A stretch of 64,000 nt of DNA from a virus (IMGVR_UViG_2934156241_000001:31559-95558), one strand, 5' to 3'; positions 1-9,960 are shown, counted from the first letter of the stretch. Notes: a model not told the origin generated them from the sequence alone. Translations and numbers: made by a program.

Positions 1-1422
1 GGCGGACCCCACCTGTTCCGGGCCTGGGTCGAGCCCACCGCCATCACGGAGGACCCGCCCGCCCTCCCGTTCCACGGCCCCGACAACTGGGTCGGCCTGC
101 ACGCCCTGTGCGGCTACGACAACCACACCGCCCCCCTGGACTCCCCGGGCCTGGCCGCCGTCCATGAGCGTCGTCGTGGGGTGATGGGCAGCTGCCCCGG
201 CAGCCTGCGCCCGGTCCGCACCACCAGGGACCAGCTGACCAGCCGGCACACCGCCGCCCTGTCCTACACCGGCCCCAAGCCCTCCGCCCTGGCCTACTGG
301 TCGAAGCCCGGCGACGTCCTCCACGTGGACGGCCAGGACCTCACCGTCAAGGACTGCCACCCCGACGAGCGCCACCCCTCCCGCGTGCGTGTCCTCGTGA
401 CCGGAGGCACCGACCCGCTGACCTACACCGTCGAGGACACCGCCACGTTCCGGCGCCGCGTCCGCCGCCACAACGTGGAGTGCCAGGCGTGCGGGGTGTA
501 CGCACCCGTGGAGACCGACGAGGCAGTCGACGGCACCCCCACCGTGCGCCTGTGCGGCATGTGCGACCGCGAAGTCCTCGAGGCGCCGCCCGCCCCGATG
601 CTGATGCCCGACCAGGCCCGGGGCATCGCCACCCGGTCCCACCCCGGCGCCCACGACTTCCGCCACAGCCACGACGCCGCCCTCCGGTTCCTCGGCTACA
701 CCTTCCAGATCAGCGAAGACGCCCCGGCCCGCTACGGATGGATCACCCCCGCCGGTACGTGCTCCAGGGTCGGCGAGACCGCCCGGTCCAGCGCGCACCA
801 GCTCCTGCCCGTCATGGTGCTGGAGGACCAGCGGGCAGCCACCCGCGCCGCCGCCCGCGCAGAGCGGCCCGCCCCCTACGTCGCCGGAGACCGCATCGTG
901 TGCGCCGACGGGGTCACCCGCACCTTCCAGGCCATGGCCCCCCGGTTCGGCGGCGAACCGGCCCGTGTGATCGTGGAGGGCGGCGCGCAGTGGCTCGCCA
1001 CCGAGTGCCGTCCGGCCACCCCGGACGAGGAGCAGCAGCCGACCCGCCGCGTCGTGGAGGGCGTGGTCGTCCAGCCCGCCACGGCGGGCAGTGCACCGAA
1101 GCACGTCGACCACCCGGACATCACCGCCGCCCGCGCCGCGCTGCGCACCCTCCTGGCAGCCCGGCTCGGCGAGCGCACCGAGCTGGACGGCTCCGACCCG
1201 GACGTGCGCGGGTACGTGATCGAGCCGCGCGGCCAGGGTCGGGTGGCCGTGTACTGGGCCGAGGCCGGGCGCCTCGTGCGCCACGACGACGCCGAGTTCG
1301 GGGTGTCCCTGGACTGCTTGGAGTGGACGCTCCAGCGGGCCGGGTGGGAGACGGAGCGCATGACCCGCAGCGGCCTGTGCCTGTTCGCACACAACCCGGC
1401 CGCCCGCCCGACCGGCAACTGA
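1..1422 (+). CDS. Mosaic hypothetical protein, 5' end outside window (CxxC pairs; GYTF..GWIT.AG module)
   Basis: Frame is open from base 1 to TGA at 1420-1422; high GC3; shares a module with the next two ORFs. Confidence 0.75.
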   Translation, partial: GGPHLFRAWVEPTAITEDPPALPFHGPDNWVGLHALCGYDNHTAPLDSPGLAAVHERRRGVMGSCPGSLRPVRTTRDQLTSRHTAALSYTGPKPSALAYWSKPGDVLHVDGQDLTVKDCHPDERHPSRVRVLVTGGTDPLTYTVEDTATFRRRVRRHNVECQACGVYAPVETDEAVDGTPTVRLCGMCDREVLEAPPAPMLMPDQARGIATRSHPGAHDFRHSHDAALRFLGYTFQISEDAPARYGWITPAGTCSRVGETARSSAHQLLPVMVLEDQRAATRAAARAERPAPYVAGDRIVCADGVTRTFQAMAPRFGGEPARVIVEGGAQWLATECRPATPDEEQQPTRRVVEGVVVQPATAGSAPKHVDHPDITAARAALRTLLAARLGERTELDGSDPDVRGYVIEPRGQGRVAVYWAEAGRLVRHDDAEFGVSLDCLEWTLQRAGWETERMTRSGLCLFAHNPAARPTGN

Positions 1423-1486
1423 TCCCGGCCCACCTGGTCGCCCCGCGCCTCACGGTGAGGGCGGGGCGGCCGCGGACATCATGCCG

Positions 1487-1518
1487 CTTGACATTGCAAC
1501 GTGATGTTGCAACACTAT
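1487..1518 (+). promoter_or_regulatory. TTGCAA 13-bp-period promoter/operator, copy 1
   Basis: TTGACA 1488-1493; TTGCAA at 1494 and 1507; then CACTAT. Confidence 0.8.
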
Positions 1519-1567
1519 GCGTATTGGGACGGACGCACCGACCGCCCCCGAACCGCTGGAGGACACC

Positions 1568-2662
1568 ATGGAGATCGCCACCGAGGCGCTGGCCATCACC
1601 ACCCTGGTAGCCGGTGAGATGACCGCCCAGCAGGCCCGAGCCGCCGTCGCCGGTATGTACCCCCAGGCCTGCGCCTTCGACGCACAGCACGCACAGGACG
1701 GCACCGGCACCCTCCTGGGGTACACCTTCCAGGAGCGCCCCCACCCCACGGCCCGCGCCGGTTGGATCACCGCAGCCGGCACCGTGTCCAAGGGCCTGGA
1801 GGCCTACCACTCGGACGCCCGCGTGATCCTGTGCCTGGCCTTCGAAGAGGACCGCGCCACCACCCCGGCCCCGGCCGTCGAGGCCCTGGCCACGCCCGCC
1901 GACGTCACCCGCACCGACGACGTGAAGATCCGCCCGGACGGGCGCGGCAAGTGGAGCGTCGAGCGCGGCACGGACACCCTGGGGGTCATCTGGGACGAAG
2001 GCGCGATGGCCCGGGGCCGCTTCGCGACCTGGTCCCCCTTTGCTCAGACCCCCGGCAGCCTCGCCGGATTCTTCGACGACCCGGCCACGGCTGTCGACGC
2101 GATCGTGGACATGTGGCCCACCAGCCCGGAGGACATCGCCCGGGAGACCGGCGCCGACCTGGCCGAGGTCATCGAGCACGCGGACGCCCTGGTCGAGGAG
2201 TGGGTGGCCGAGGGGCGCCGCGTCTACCGTACGGCCGTCCGGGGCGCAGCGGCCAAGCTCACCAGCGAGGCGGCGGCGACCGTGCGAGTGCACATGGGCC
2301 TCCCGTCCGCCCGGTATGCCGTGCCCATCGGCGCCGACGAGCGGACATGGCCCCGGTTCCACCGCCACGACGCCGCCCTCCGGCACGCGGCCAGCTACGG
2401 CCTGACCGCCGGCGCCGTCCTGGACACAGCCCCGCAGTGGCGCACGCTCCAGGGGGTGGCCGCCCCGTTTCAGCTCTGGGGGCACGAGGACGCCAATGGA
2501 AAGTTCCACCCGTCCGACGACCTGACGGCGTGCGCCGGCCGACCGGTGGCTATCACCCTCACCTGGAACGGCAGCCGCTGGGGCCAGGACAGTGCCGGCC
2601 GGGAGATCCACCTCGGAGGCCCGGCCGTGAAGTACTGGGTCGCCCCCGGCCCGGTCGCCTGA
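1568..2662 (+). CDS. Mosaic hypothetical protein
   Basis: GGAGGA RBS before ATG 1568; LLGYTF..GWIT module and C-terminal WRTLxGVxAPF..YWV module. Confidence 0.8.
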   Translation: MEIATEALAITTLVAGEMTAQQARAAVAGMYPQACAFDAQHAQDGTGTLLGYTFQERPHPTARAGWITAAGTVSKGLEAYHSDARVILCLAFEEDRATTPAPAVEALATPADVTRTDDVKIRPDGRGKWSVERGTDTLGVIWDEGAMARGRFATWSPFAQTPGSLAGFFDDPATAVDAIVDMWPTSPEDIARETGADLAEVIEHADALVEEWVAEGRRVYRTAVRGAAAKLTSEAAATVRVHMGLPSARYAVPIGADERTWPRFHRHDAALRHAASYGLTAGAVLDTAPQWRTLQGVAAPFQLWGHEDANGKFHPSDDLTACAGRPVAITLTWNGSRWGQDSAGREIHLGGPAVKYWVAPGPVA

Positions 2663-2675
2663 CCTGCCCGCCCCA

Positions 2676-2709
2676 GACGCCCCGGCCCTCACGGGAGGCC
2701 CGGGGCGTC
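2676..2709 (+). terminator. GC-rich hairpin after cassette gene
   Basis: gacgccccggccctc-acgg-gaggcccggggcgtc inverted repeat just after the stop codon. Confidence 0.6.
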
Positions 2710-2767
2710 CCGCTGTCGCCGCGCGGTCCCCGGATGACCCGACCGGGTGAAGGTGGACCGCACCCCT

Positions 2768-2805
2768 CATTGCAACTTGACATTGCAAACTCATGTTGCA
2801 ACTAT
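2768..2805 (+). promoter_or_regulatory. TTGCAA 13-bp-period promoter/operator, copy 2
   Basis: TTGCAA at 2770, 2783, 2796; TTGACA 2777-2782, 17-bp spacer, AACTAT. Confidence 0.85.
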
Positions 2806-2854
2806 GGAGACATCAAGAGGGGCACGGAGCCCCCTGGACCGCACGGAGGAAGCC

Positions 2855-4243
2855 ATGAACAACACCACCGCCCAGACCGCCACCGTCGCCCTGGCCCAGG
2901 TCGGCGCCGGCCGCACCGTCCACTTCACCACCGACGCCACCGCCACCCTGTGCGAGCGCCCCGTGAGCCGCGTACTGGACGAGGACCAGGCCGCGAAGAA
3001 GAACAAGCCGTGCAAGCAGTGCGCCGTCGCCCTGGAGGCCGCCGCCACCGAGGAGACGCCGGCCGTCGAGGTCGAGGAGGACCAGGCCGAGAAGGAGGCG
3101 CGGCGCACAGTATCCGGGACGTACCTCCACGCCCAGGACTTCGAGCCGCAGCGCGACGAGGAAGGGCAGCTCCTCGGATACACGTTCGCCGTCCACTCCT
3201 CCACCTCGACCAACTACGGATGGGTGACCACCGCCGGCCACTTCGGTCAGGTACTGGAGCCCTACCGGTCCACCGTCGAGGAATTCCTGCCCGTCGTCGC
3301 CTGGCAGGACGAGCAGGTGGCACGCCGCGCCCCGAAGCTGGCGGAGGCCGCCATCGAGGAGGCGCCGGCCGTCGAGGTCGAGGAAGCCGCGGCCGCCGAA
3401 GAGGCCCCGGTCGAGGAGGCACCGACCGGCGCTGCAGAGGCCCCGGTCGCCGGACGGGTCGAGGTGACCGCGTACACCGCCGCCGTCGATCAGCTCTACC
3501 TCAACGGCCGGGACAACGAGGACCGCGCCCTGTACGTGGACGGCACCGACGTCCTGGAGACCCTCCCGACCCTGCGCCGGATGCCCCGCTGGAACGCGGC
3601 CGAGGAGCGGTTCACCGTCAATAAGGTGGCCCTGATCCTCGTCCGGGACGCCCAGGGTGACCGCGTGTGGGTGCGCGGTGAGGCCGACCCGATCCGCGTG
3701 GACGCCGCAGGTGCGCAGGTGGACGTGGACGCCCCCGCCGAGCCCGGACCGGTGGACATGACCGCCGTCCTGGCCGCGACCAAGCAGCTCCGCCGCCGCC
3801 GCGAGGTCCAGCGGGTCATCGACAACCGCGAGGCCGCCCGCGCCGCGAGTACCCCGACCCCGGTTGTCGAGGAGGCCCCGACCCCGGTGGTCGAGGAGGC
3901 CCCGACCCCGGTGGTCGAGGAGGCCCCGACCCCGGTGGTCGAGGAAGCCCCGGCCCCCGTGGTCGAGGAAGCCCCGGCCCCGGTGGTCGAGGCCCCCGAA
4001 GCCCCGGCCGCTGGTCCGGAGTGGCGCACGCTCAAGGGTGTGGAGGCGCCGTTCCTCCTGTACGGCGAGGACGCCGGAGATGCCTTTCACCCCGCCAACG
4101 ACCGCAAGCGCTGCACCGGGGAGCCTCTGACGATCACCCGCGTATGGATGAGCGCCGGCACCCGGTACGCGCAGGACGCGACCGGCCGGAAGACCCACCT
4201 GTGGGGAGCCGCTACCCGCTACTGGGTGAGCCCCGCAGCCTGA
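2855..4243 (+). CDS. Mosaic hypothetical protein with PVVEEAP(T/A) linker repeats
   Basis: GGAGGA RBS; H..C..CKQC N-terminal motif; shares both modules with 1568-2662. Confidence 0.85.
   Translation: MNNTTAQTATVALAQVGAGRTVHFTTDATATLCERPVSRVLDEDQAAKKNKPCKQCAVALEAAATEETPAVEVEEDQAEKEARRTVSGTYLHAQDFEPQRDEEGQLLGYTFAVHSSTSTNYGWVTTAGHFGQVLEPYRSTVEEFLPVVAWQDEQVARRAPKLAEAAIEEAPAVEVEEAAAAEEAPVEEAPTGAAEAPVAGRVEVTAYTAAVDQLYLNGRDNEDRALYVDGTDVLETLPTLRRMPRWNAAEERFTVNKVALILVRDAQGDRVWVRGEADPIRVDAAGAQVDVDAPAEPGPVDMTAVLAATKQLRRRREVQRVIDNREAARAASTPTPVVEEAPTPVVEEAPTPVVEEAPTPVVEEAPAPVVEEAPAPVVEAPEAPAAGPEWRTLKGVEAPFLLYGEDAGDAFHPANDRKRCTGEPLTITRVWMSAGTRYAQDATGRKTHLWGAATRYWVSPAA
3856..4010 (+). repeat. 24-bp in-frame tandem repeat (about 6 copies, PVVEEAPT/A)
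   Basis: ccggtggtcgaggaggccccgacc repeated. Confidence 0.9.
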
Positions 4244-4273
4244 CCGAAGCAGCCGCAGCGGCCCCGACCGCGA

Positions 4274-4307
4274 GCGATGCGCCGACCCGCACGGGCCGGC
4301 GCATCGC
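4274..4307 (+). terminator. Hairpin after cassette gene
   Basis: gcgatgcgccg...cggcgcatcgc inverted repeat. Confidence 0.6.
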
Positions 4308-4367
4308 TGCGTTCCGGGGCCCTCGTCCGCTGCATGACCCGCCCGGGTGAAGATTCCCCCGCCCTCG

Positions 4368-4407
4368 CATTGCAACTAGACAATGCAATGCGATGTTGCA
4401 ACACTAT
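4368..4407 (+). promoter_or_regulatory. TTGCAA 13-bp-period promoter/operator, copy 3
   Basis: TTGCAA 4370, ATGCAA 4383, TTGCAA 4396; TAGACA in the -35 position. Confidence 0.8.
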
Positions 4408-4454
4408 GCATATCGGGAAGGGCGAGGGGCCTGGACCAGACGGAGGGACACACC

Positions 4455-5198
4455 ATGGACGCCACCACCAAGACCGCGCAGCTGATGGCCCGCCTCGTCG
4501 AGGCCGAGACCACCCTCCGGAACACCCGACGCGAGGAGGCCCGCACCGAGCGCGCCGCCACCCGCGCCACCGCCCGCCTCCTGACCGCCCGCACCGACCT
4601 GGCCGCCGCCCGCCGGAACCTGCGCACCGCCGAGCGCACCGGCAAGAGCCTGGCCGTGGCAACCCGCCGCCTGGCCACCCGCACCGCCCGCGTCGAGAAC
4701 CTGACCACCGCCGCCCGCGAGGCCAAGGCCACCGCGACCGCCGCGCGCCGCGCCGCCCGCGCCGCCGCCCGCCGACTGGACACCCTCGGCCGCCGCGCCG
4801 CCCAGGCAGCCACCCGCACCGTCGCCACCATCGCCCACCGCCTCGGGGAGACCAGCCTCACCCCGGCCCCCGCCGCCGACCGCACCCTGGACGCCACCGA
4901 GCTCCCGGCCGTCGAGGAGATCGAAGCCCACGCCGAGCGCTTCACCGACCTGGACGCCGAGGCCAAGACCCTGGCCAAGTCGGCCGACGCCGAGAAGAAG
5001 TGGCTGCGAACCCTGCCCGTGGGGATCTACGGACGGGTCGTCATCACCCGCACCCCCGGCGGCAGCGTCCTGGACAGCGACCAGGTCGCCCTGGACTACG
5101 CCGCCATGGGTGGCCTGGTGCCCCCGCGCAAGGCCCGCCGCGACACCTTCAAGGTCGCCCTCCAGCCCGAGCTGGCCGCCCTCCCCGCCGCTGCCTGA
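4455..5198 (+). CDS. Hypothetical Arg/Ala-rich coiled-coil protein
   Basis: GGAGG RBS, ATG 4455, high GC3. Confidence 0.8.
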   Translation: MDATTKTAQLMARLVEAETTLRNTRREEARTERAATRATARLLTARTDLAAARRNLRTAERTGKSLAVATRRLATRTARVENLTTAAREAKATATAARRAARAAARRLDTLGRRAAQAATRTVATIAHRLGETSLTPAPAADRTLDATELPAVEEIEAHAERFTDLDAEAKTLAKSADAEKKWLRTLPVGIYGRVVITRTPGGSVLDSDQVALDYAAMGGLVPPRKARRDTFKVALQPELAALPAAA

Positions 5199-5266
5199 CC
5201 CACACCCGCCCGGCCGGGCAGCGGCGTACGCTGCCCGGCCCCTCGCCCCCGAAACGGACGCACGCC

Positions 5267-5817
5267 ATGTCGCTCCTTCCCCGCAGCATCCCGGTACCGG
5301 CCGCCGAGCAGATGGCCGCCACCCTCGCCGCCGTCGGCACCATGCTTGGCCCCTTCAAGGGGAGCAGCAGCATTACCCGCACCGTCGCCCACCAGGGAGC
5401 CGACTGGGAGCTGACCTACCTCGGCCCCATCGGGTGGCGCCTGACCGGCCCAGGCGTGGAGCACGGCATCGGTGTGGACGCCGAGGAGGCCGCCGCGCAC
5501 ATCACCACCCCGCCCGCCGGCCCGGCGCCCGCTCGCCGCGTCCACGTGCGCATCGGCACCCACCGCCGGGCCTACCACCCGGACAGCGCCTGCCCCGCAC
5601 TCAACGGCAAGCCGGAGACGTACCGGGGCCAGGAGGTCATGGACGAGAGCGAAGCCCTGGAATGCGGGCTCGCCCTGTGTGCCCAGTGCGACGCCGCCCT
5701 GACCGCCGCCCCCAGCGGTACGCGGGGGCGCCCGTACCGGCGCTCGTGCGCGCCGCCTGGACGACGCCCCTCGCGGACGGGTGGCGCCTGGGCGTACGCA
5801 GCGCCCTCGCCCTCTGA
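5267..5817 (+). pseudogene. Hypothetical protein (YH...C...LCxxC motif) with apparent 1-nt deletion in C run at 5709-5713
   Basis: Coding-like sequence continues in the -1 frame (QRYAGAPVPALVRAAW...) to a stop at 5817; may be a sequencing error. Confidence 0.5.
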
Positions 5818-5872
5818 CCCACCATCCACGGCCGGCGCACCCGCGACCGGCCGGACCCGAAAGGACACCCCC

Positions 5873-6046
5873 ATGGTTCCCGCCCTGTACGGCATCGTCG
5901 CCCGCCACGTCGCCACCGGTGAGCTGCTGCGCTGCGCCTCCGTGTTCGACCTTGAGGACCTGCCGGTGCTGTTGGAGGAGTTCGCCGACGCGTACCGCGA
6001 CAGCCCGGACGTGCTGATCGACCTGGACACCACCCCCACCTCCTGA
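5873..6046 (+). CDS. Small acidic hypothetical protein (57 aa)
   Basis: GAAAGGA RBS before ATG 5873. Confidence 0.6.
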   Translation: MVPALYGIVARHVATGELLRCASVFDLEDLPVLLEEFADAYRDSPDVLIDLDTTPTS

Positions 6047-6089
6047 CTGCTGCCCGACCGGGTCGCCCCCCACCCAATCCGACGCACCA

Positions 6090-6127
6090 CATTGCAACTT
6101 GACATTGCAATGTGACGTTGTAGCTAT
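6090..6127 (+). promoter_or_regulatory. TTGCAA 13-bp-period promoter/operator, copy 4
   Basis: TTGCAA 6092, 6105, TTGTAG 6118; TTGACA 6099-6104. Confidence 0.85.
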
Positions 6128-6182
6128 GGGGGTGTCGGTGAAGCACTGAAACCCCGCCTGACCAGCACCGAAGGAGCCCAAC

Positions 6183-8429
6183 GTGGCAACCGTCGAACCG
6201 CCTCGGACCCCCGCCGTCGCCATCGCCCGCGAGCTGCGCAGCCTCGGCCTTGGCCAGGGCGCCGGGAAGGACTTCCGGATCGAGGGCCACTACGTCAACG
6301 GCGAGCGCCGCTACACCCACGCGCTGCTGCTCAGCCGCCGCGCCCACGAGGTCATCGCCGCGAACGCCGACCTGATCGAGCAGCGCACCGAAGCAGGCCC
6401 GTTCCCCTTCCTCGTATCGCTCCGCGACCTCGACGGCCGCATGGTTGCCTCAGTCGCCAACGGTGGCCCCCGCTACCGCGATGCCCTGCCCGCCCCCGCC
6501 GCCGAAGAGGCCGCACCGATCGAGCCCCCCGCCGAGGAGGCCGAGCTGTGGGACGGAGTGGAGGGCATCGTCGCCGGCCCCGGCATCGTCCGCCCCGGCG
6601 TGCACGTCGAGTGCCTGCCCCAGCACCGGCCCGGCCCGCGCACCCGCTACGCCCACGGCGGCGTGATCCAGTCGGTCGGCCCGGTCAACGTCCGGTGGCG
6701 CCCGTACGGATACGACCGGGACATCTCCACCCCGCTGGAGCACATGCGCGTGGACGCCTGCGCACACCTCAACATGCGAAAAGACGTGAACCGGGCAGTC
6801 GTCGCCCTGAACGCGGGGCGACTGCCCAGGGACCCCGAGTGGGTCTACTGGAACCTCGCCCAGCACATCACCCATGCCGCGGCCCCGGCCGTCGAGGAGG
6901 CCGAGGAGGCCCCGGTCACGGCGCAGGCCCCGGCGCCCGCCGGCCCCGTGGTCGTCATCCCCTGCGGCGCGGCCAAGCTGCCCCACAACGCCCCCGCCCG
7001 CGAGCTCTACACCGGCAGCTATCACCGGGCCTGCGCCCGCGCCGCTGCCACCCTCGCCGGAGGCAGCGGGACGGTCCTGATCCTGTCCGCGCTGTACGGA
7101 CTCACCCCTCTGGACCGGGTGATCGCCCCGTACGACCTCCGGATGGGACAGGCCGGGAGCGTCACCGGCGACCAGCTCCGCGACCAGGCCCGCGCCCTCG
7201 GCGTGGACCGGGCCGAGGACGTCGTCATCCTGGCCGGTGCCACCTACACCGCCGCCGCCCGCGAGGTCTGGCCGGAGGCATCCACCCCGCTGGCCGGGCT
7301 GGGAGGCATGGGCTACCAGCTCCAGTGGCTGGCCACCCTCGCCGCCGGCGAAACCGCCACGCTCCCGCCTGCCGCCCCCGAGGGGACTGGAGGGACTGAT
7401 GACTCCCACGACAGGGGCCCTGTCCGGCAGGTCCCCGCCGAGCCGGTCGAGGACCACCGCGAGACCTACCGGCAGGAGCGGCAGGCCAGCGCGCTGCACT
7501 GGTCCACCCGCCACGCGGACGTCGTCACCCGGGCCGCAGCCGGACAGCTCGTCCGCGACGAGGACGGCACCGCCCGCCTCACCGGCGCCCACGGACGTCC
7601 CGGCCGCCGAGTCGCCGCCGCACTCCTGCCCCCGCTGGAGGACGCCGGGTTCCTCGCTGCAGTCCCGGCAGGGGACGGCACCGCCCGGATCGAGCTGACC
7701 GGCGACGGCCGCCGCGCCCTCCTCGTGTGGCAGCGCCACCAGCCGGAGCCCGTCGAGCGCCCGCGCAAGAGGGAGGGCCTGCCCCTGTCCCCGCTGCTCG
7801 GCGGGGATGAGGCCCGCCGCCGCGCTGAGGCATTCCACGCCGCCGAGCGGCAGCGCCGCGCCGACTGGCAGCTCTGGTACGCGGAGTTCGAGGAGCGCCG
7901 CGCGGACGAGGAGTGGCGGGACCGTCTGTGGGCCGCGTACGCCAGGGTCCGGGACATCCGTTACCGGCTCGGCCGCAAGGTGCCCGCCGGGTGGGCGCCG
8001 ACCGACGAGGAGGTATCCCGCCACCGGCTGGACCCGGAGGTCGTGGCAGCGCTGCGCGCCCAGCAGGGCCCGGCCGATGAGGGGTCGCCGGCTGTTGAGC
8101 CGCACCCCGCCGACGCTGACCGCCCCCACTCTCATCCTGACACCACATATTGCAACTTGACATTGCAATATGGCGATGCAAGTATCGAGGTGTCAGGAAG
8201 GGCGACCGGCCCGACCAGGAAGGGGTTTGACCATGAGCCGCACCATCCGCATTCGCAACACCGAGGACGCCGTGGTGGAGATCGCCGCCATGACGACGCG
8301 CGTCATCGCGGAGGCCGGGCACAAGGGTCACGACCTGGAGACGGTCGGCCGGATCATCACCTCGGACACCGTCCTGGACACCATCCGCACCGCATACAAC
8401 CGGCGCACCGCCGAGGGGGCCACCCCTAA
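6183..8429 (+). CDS. Multidomain protein with central DUF6884-like domain; last ~100 codons probably spurious read-through
   Basis: VVIPCGAAK..PARELYTG..ILSALYGL..IAPYD motif; AAGGAG RBS; frame runs through operator copy 5 and overlaps the next gene. Confidence 0.7.
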   Translation: MATVEPPRTPAVAIARELRSLGLGQGAGKDFRIEGHYVNGERRYTHALLLSRRAHEVIAANADLIEQRTEAGPFPFLVSLRDLDGRMVASVANGGPRYRDALPAPAAEEAAPIEPPAEEAELWDGVEGIVAGPGIVRPGVHVECLPQHRPGPRTRYAHGGVIQSVGPVNVRWRPYGYDRDISTPLEHMRVDACAHLNMRKDVNRAVVALNAGRLPRDPEWVYWNLAQHITHAAAPAVEEAEEAPVTAQAPAPAGPVVVIPCGAAKLPHNAPARELYTGSYHRACARAAATLAGGSGTVLILSALYGLTPLDRVIAPYDLRMGQAGSVTGDQLRDQARALGVDRAEDVVILAGATYTAAAREVWPEASTPLAGLGGMGYQLQWLATLAAGETATLPPAAPEGTGGTDDSHDRGPVRQVPAEPVEDHRETYRQERQASALHWSTRHADVVTRAAAGQLVRDEDGTARLTGAHGRPGRRVAAALLPPLEDAGFLAAVPAGDGTARIELTGDGRRALLVWQRHQPEPVERPRKREGLPLSPLLGGDEARRRAEAFHAAERQRRADWQLWYAEFEERRADEEWRDRLWAAYARVRDIRYRLGRKVPAGWAPTDEEVSRHRLDPEVVAALRAQQGPADEGSPAVEPHPADADRPHSHPDTTYCNLTLQYGDASIEVSGRATGPTRKGFDHEPHHPHSQHRGRRGGDRRHDDARHRGGRAQGSRPGDGRPDHHLGHRPGHHPHRIQPAHRRGGHP
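8149..8185 (+). promoter_or_regulatory. TTGCAA 13-bp-period promoter/operator, copy 5
   Basis: TTGCAA 8150, 8163, ATGCAA 8176; TTGACA 8157-8162. Confidence 0.85.
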
Positions 8430-8751
8430 GGACGCCGTGATCGCCGTCGGCACCCAGCTCATCGCCCACTACTGCAACTCCGCCGGCATCGAGCCCGCCG
8501 CCGAGGCCGAGCCCGCCGCCCCGGAGACGACCACCGCCGACCCGGCAGGCGTCCCGCACCGCACGCACGGCACGTGCGGCGCCACCTGGAAGCGGGTGCC
8601 CGTGAACCGCAACCGCCCGGACCTCGGCGACACCACCGAGTACGGCCACCCGAAGTGCGGCCAGCCCGCCACGGTGGACCGCTTTGTCAAGGCGGCCCAG
8701 GCCGACTACTTCCGCCCCGTCTACGCCTGCCCGGCCCACACCCGCAACTGA
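8233..8751 (+). CDS. Hypothetical protein with C-terminal Cys/His cluster
   Basis: GGAAGGGG RBS; ATG 8233. Confidence 0.75.
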   Translation: MSRTIRIRNTEDAVVEIAAMTTRVIAEAGHKGHDLETVGRIITSDTVLDTIRTAYNRRTAEGATPKDAVIAVGTQLIAHYCNSAGIEPAAEAEPAAPETTTADPAGVPHRTHGTCGATWKRVPVNRNRPDLGDTTEYGHPKCGQPATVDRFVKAAQADYFRPVYACPAHTRN

Positions 8752-8824
8752 CCAGCCGAAACCCCCTGACCAGCCCCGGCCGGGCGCACCAGCGCCCGGC
8801 CCCCGACGACCGGGAGACCCTCCG

Positions 8825-9235
8825 ATGCCGAGCAAGCCGAAGATGGACCACACCGAGCGCGCCGCCCGCGACCTCATCAACCTCAAGGTCCGCGAAGGCA
8901 TCATCGACCGCCGCAACGGCAACGAGATCATCCGGACCGGCCTGCCGTTCATCACGGTCATGCTCGCCCGCTGGAGGCGCGAAGGCACCTCCCCCCAGTG
9001 GATCACCGAGAAGTTCCAGACCAAGCTCGCGGAGGCCAAGCAGCAGGCCGCCGACGCCCCCGACAGCGCGTTCGCCCAGCAGCGCGCACGCCTGTCCGTA
9101 GTCGCCGCAGAGATGTACCTCGCGGCCTGGGCCGGAATGCAGGCCGACCTGGGCCAGTACCTCGCCGACCTCAAGACCGCCGACCAGGCCGCGGCAGTGG
9201 ACGCCGCGCCCCCGGCCATCGAGCCCGCCCCCTGA
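8825..9235 (+). CDS. Hypothetical protein
   Basis: GGGAG RBS; high GC3. Confidence 0.75.
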   Translation: MPSKPKMDHTERAARDLINLKVREGIIDRRNGNEIIRTGLPFITVMLARWRREGTSPQWITEKFQTKLAEAKQQAADAPDSAFAQQRARLSVVAAEMYLAAWAGMQADLGQYLADLKTADQAAAVDAAPPAIEPAP

Positions 9236-9267
9236 TGCCACCTCACCCCACCCAGGAGGACCCACCC

Positions 9268-9960
9268 GTGTTCCGCGAGACGATTACCCACGCCGGAGGC
9301 ACCACCGAAGGCACCGCCAGTGAAACCCACGCCGTGACGCTCCTCGTCCGCGCCGCCCGCCGGCAGTACGCCATGGAGGCCACCCCCGCCGGAGGTGCGC
9401 TCATCACCTGGACCCGCCACGTCTTCGGCCCCGGCGGAAACAGCCTCGTGCTCGTCGACCGCTCCATCCGGCTCGACCCCATGACGCCGGTCGGCAACCT
9501 CACCGACACCGTGCGGGAAGACCTGTCCCTGGTCGACGGCGACCCGCGCGCCCGGTATGACCTCGTCAAGGGGCGCCGCGTCATCACCGGCACCCTGTGG
9601 CAGGTCCCGCCGTTCCCCACGGCAGGCCTCCGCGCCCGGCGCCTGGTGGTCGAGGACCGGGGACGAGTCCGCCTCACGCTGACGGCCCGCCTGGGGCTCC
9701 TGGCCCACGCGCACCGCACGACCACCACGGCGCCCCGGGGCTGGTACCACCCCTCCGCGTACGAGAGCGCCGGACTCAACCGCCCCGGCCGCCGGGCCGG
9801 ACTCCTGCGCGACAGCACGAGCGCTGCCGTGTGCAGCTGCCTGGAGCTGTCCGCCGTGGGAGGCGACCGCGAGCACGCCCGGCGCCTGGCTCTGGATCAC
9901 CGGCGTGCGGTGACCGCCGAGTTCGTCGCCGACCGGCTCGCCGTGCCGGTGAACGCCTGA
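9268..9960 (+). CDS. Hypothetical protein
   Basis: AGGAGGA RBS before GTG 9268. Confidence 0.75.
   Translation: MFRETITHAGGTTEGTASETHAVTLLVRAARRQYAMEATPAGGALITWTRHVFGPGGNSLVLVDRSIRLDPMTPVGNLTDTVREDLSLVDGDPRARYDLVKGRRVITGTLWQVPPFPTAGLRARRLVVEDRGRVRLTLTARLGLLAHAHRTTTTAPRGWYHPSAYESAGLNRPGRRAGLLRDSTSAAVCSCLELSAVGGDREHARRLALDHRRAVTAEFVADRLAVPVNA

Noticed and set aside
8120-8429. C-terminal extension of ORF 6183-8429 as real protein
   Set aside because: It translates the operator (YCNLTLQ, also seen in spurious extensions at other copies) and overlaps the next gene out of frame
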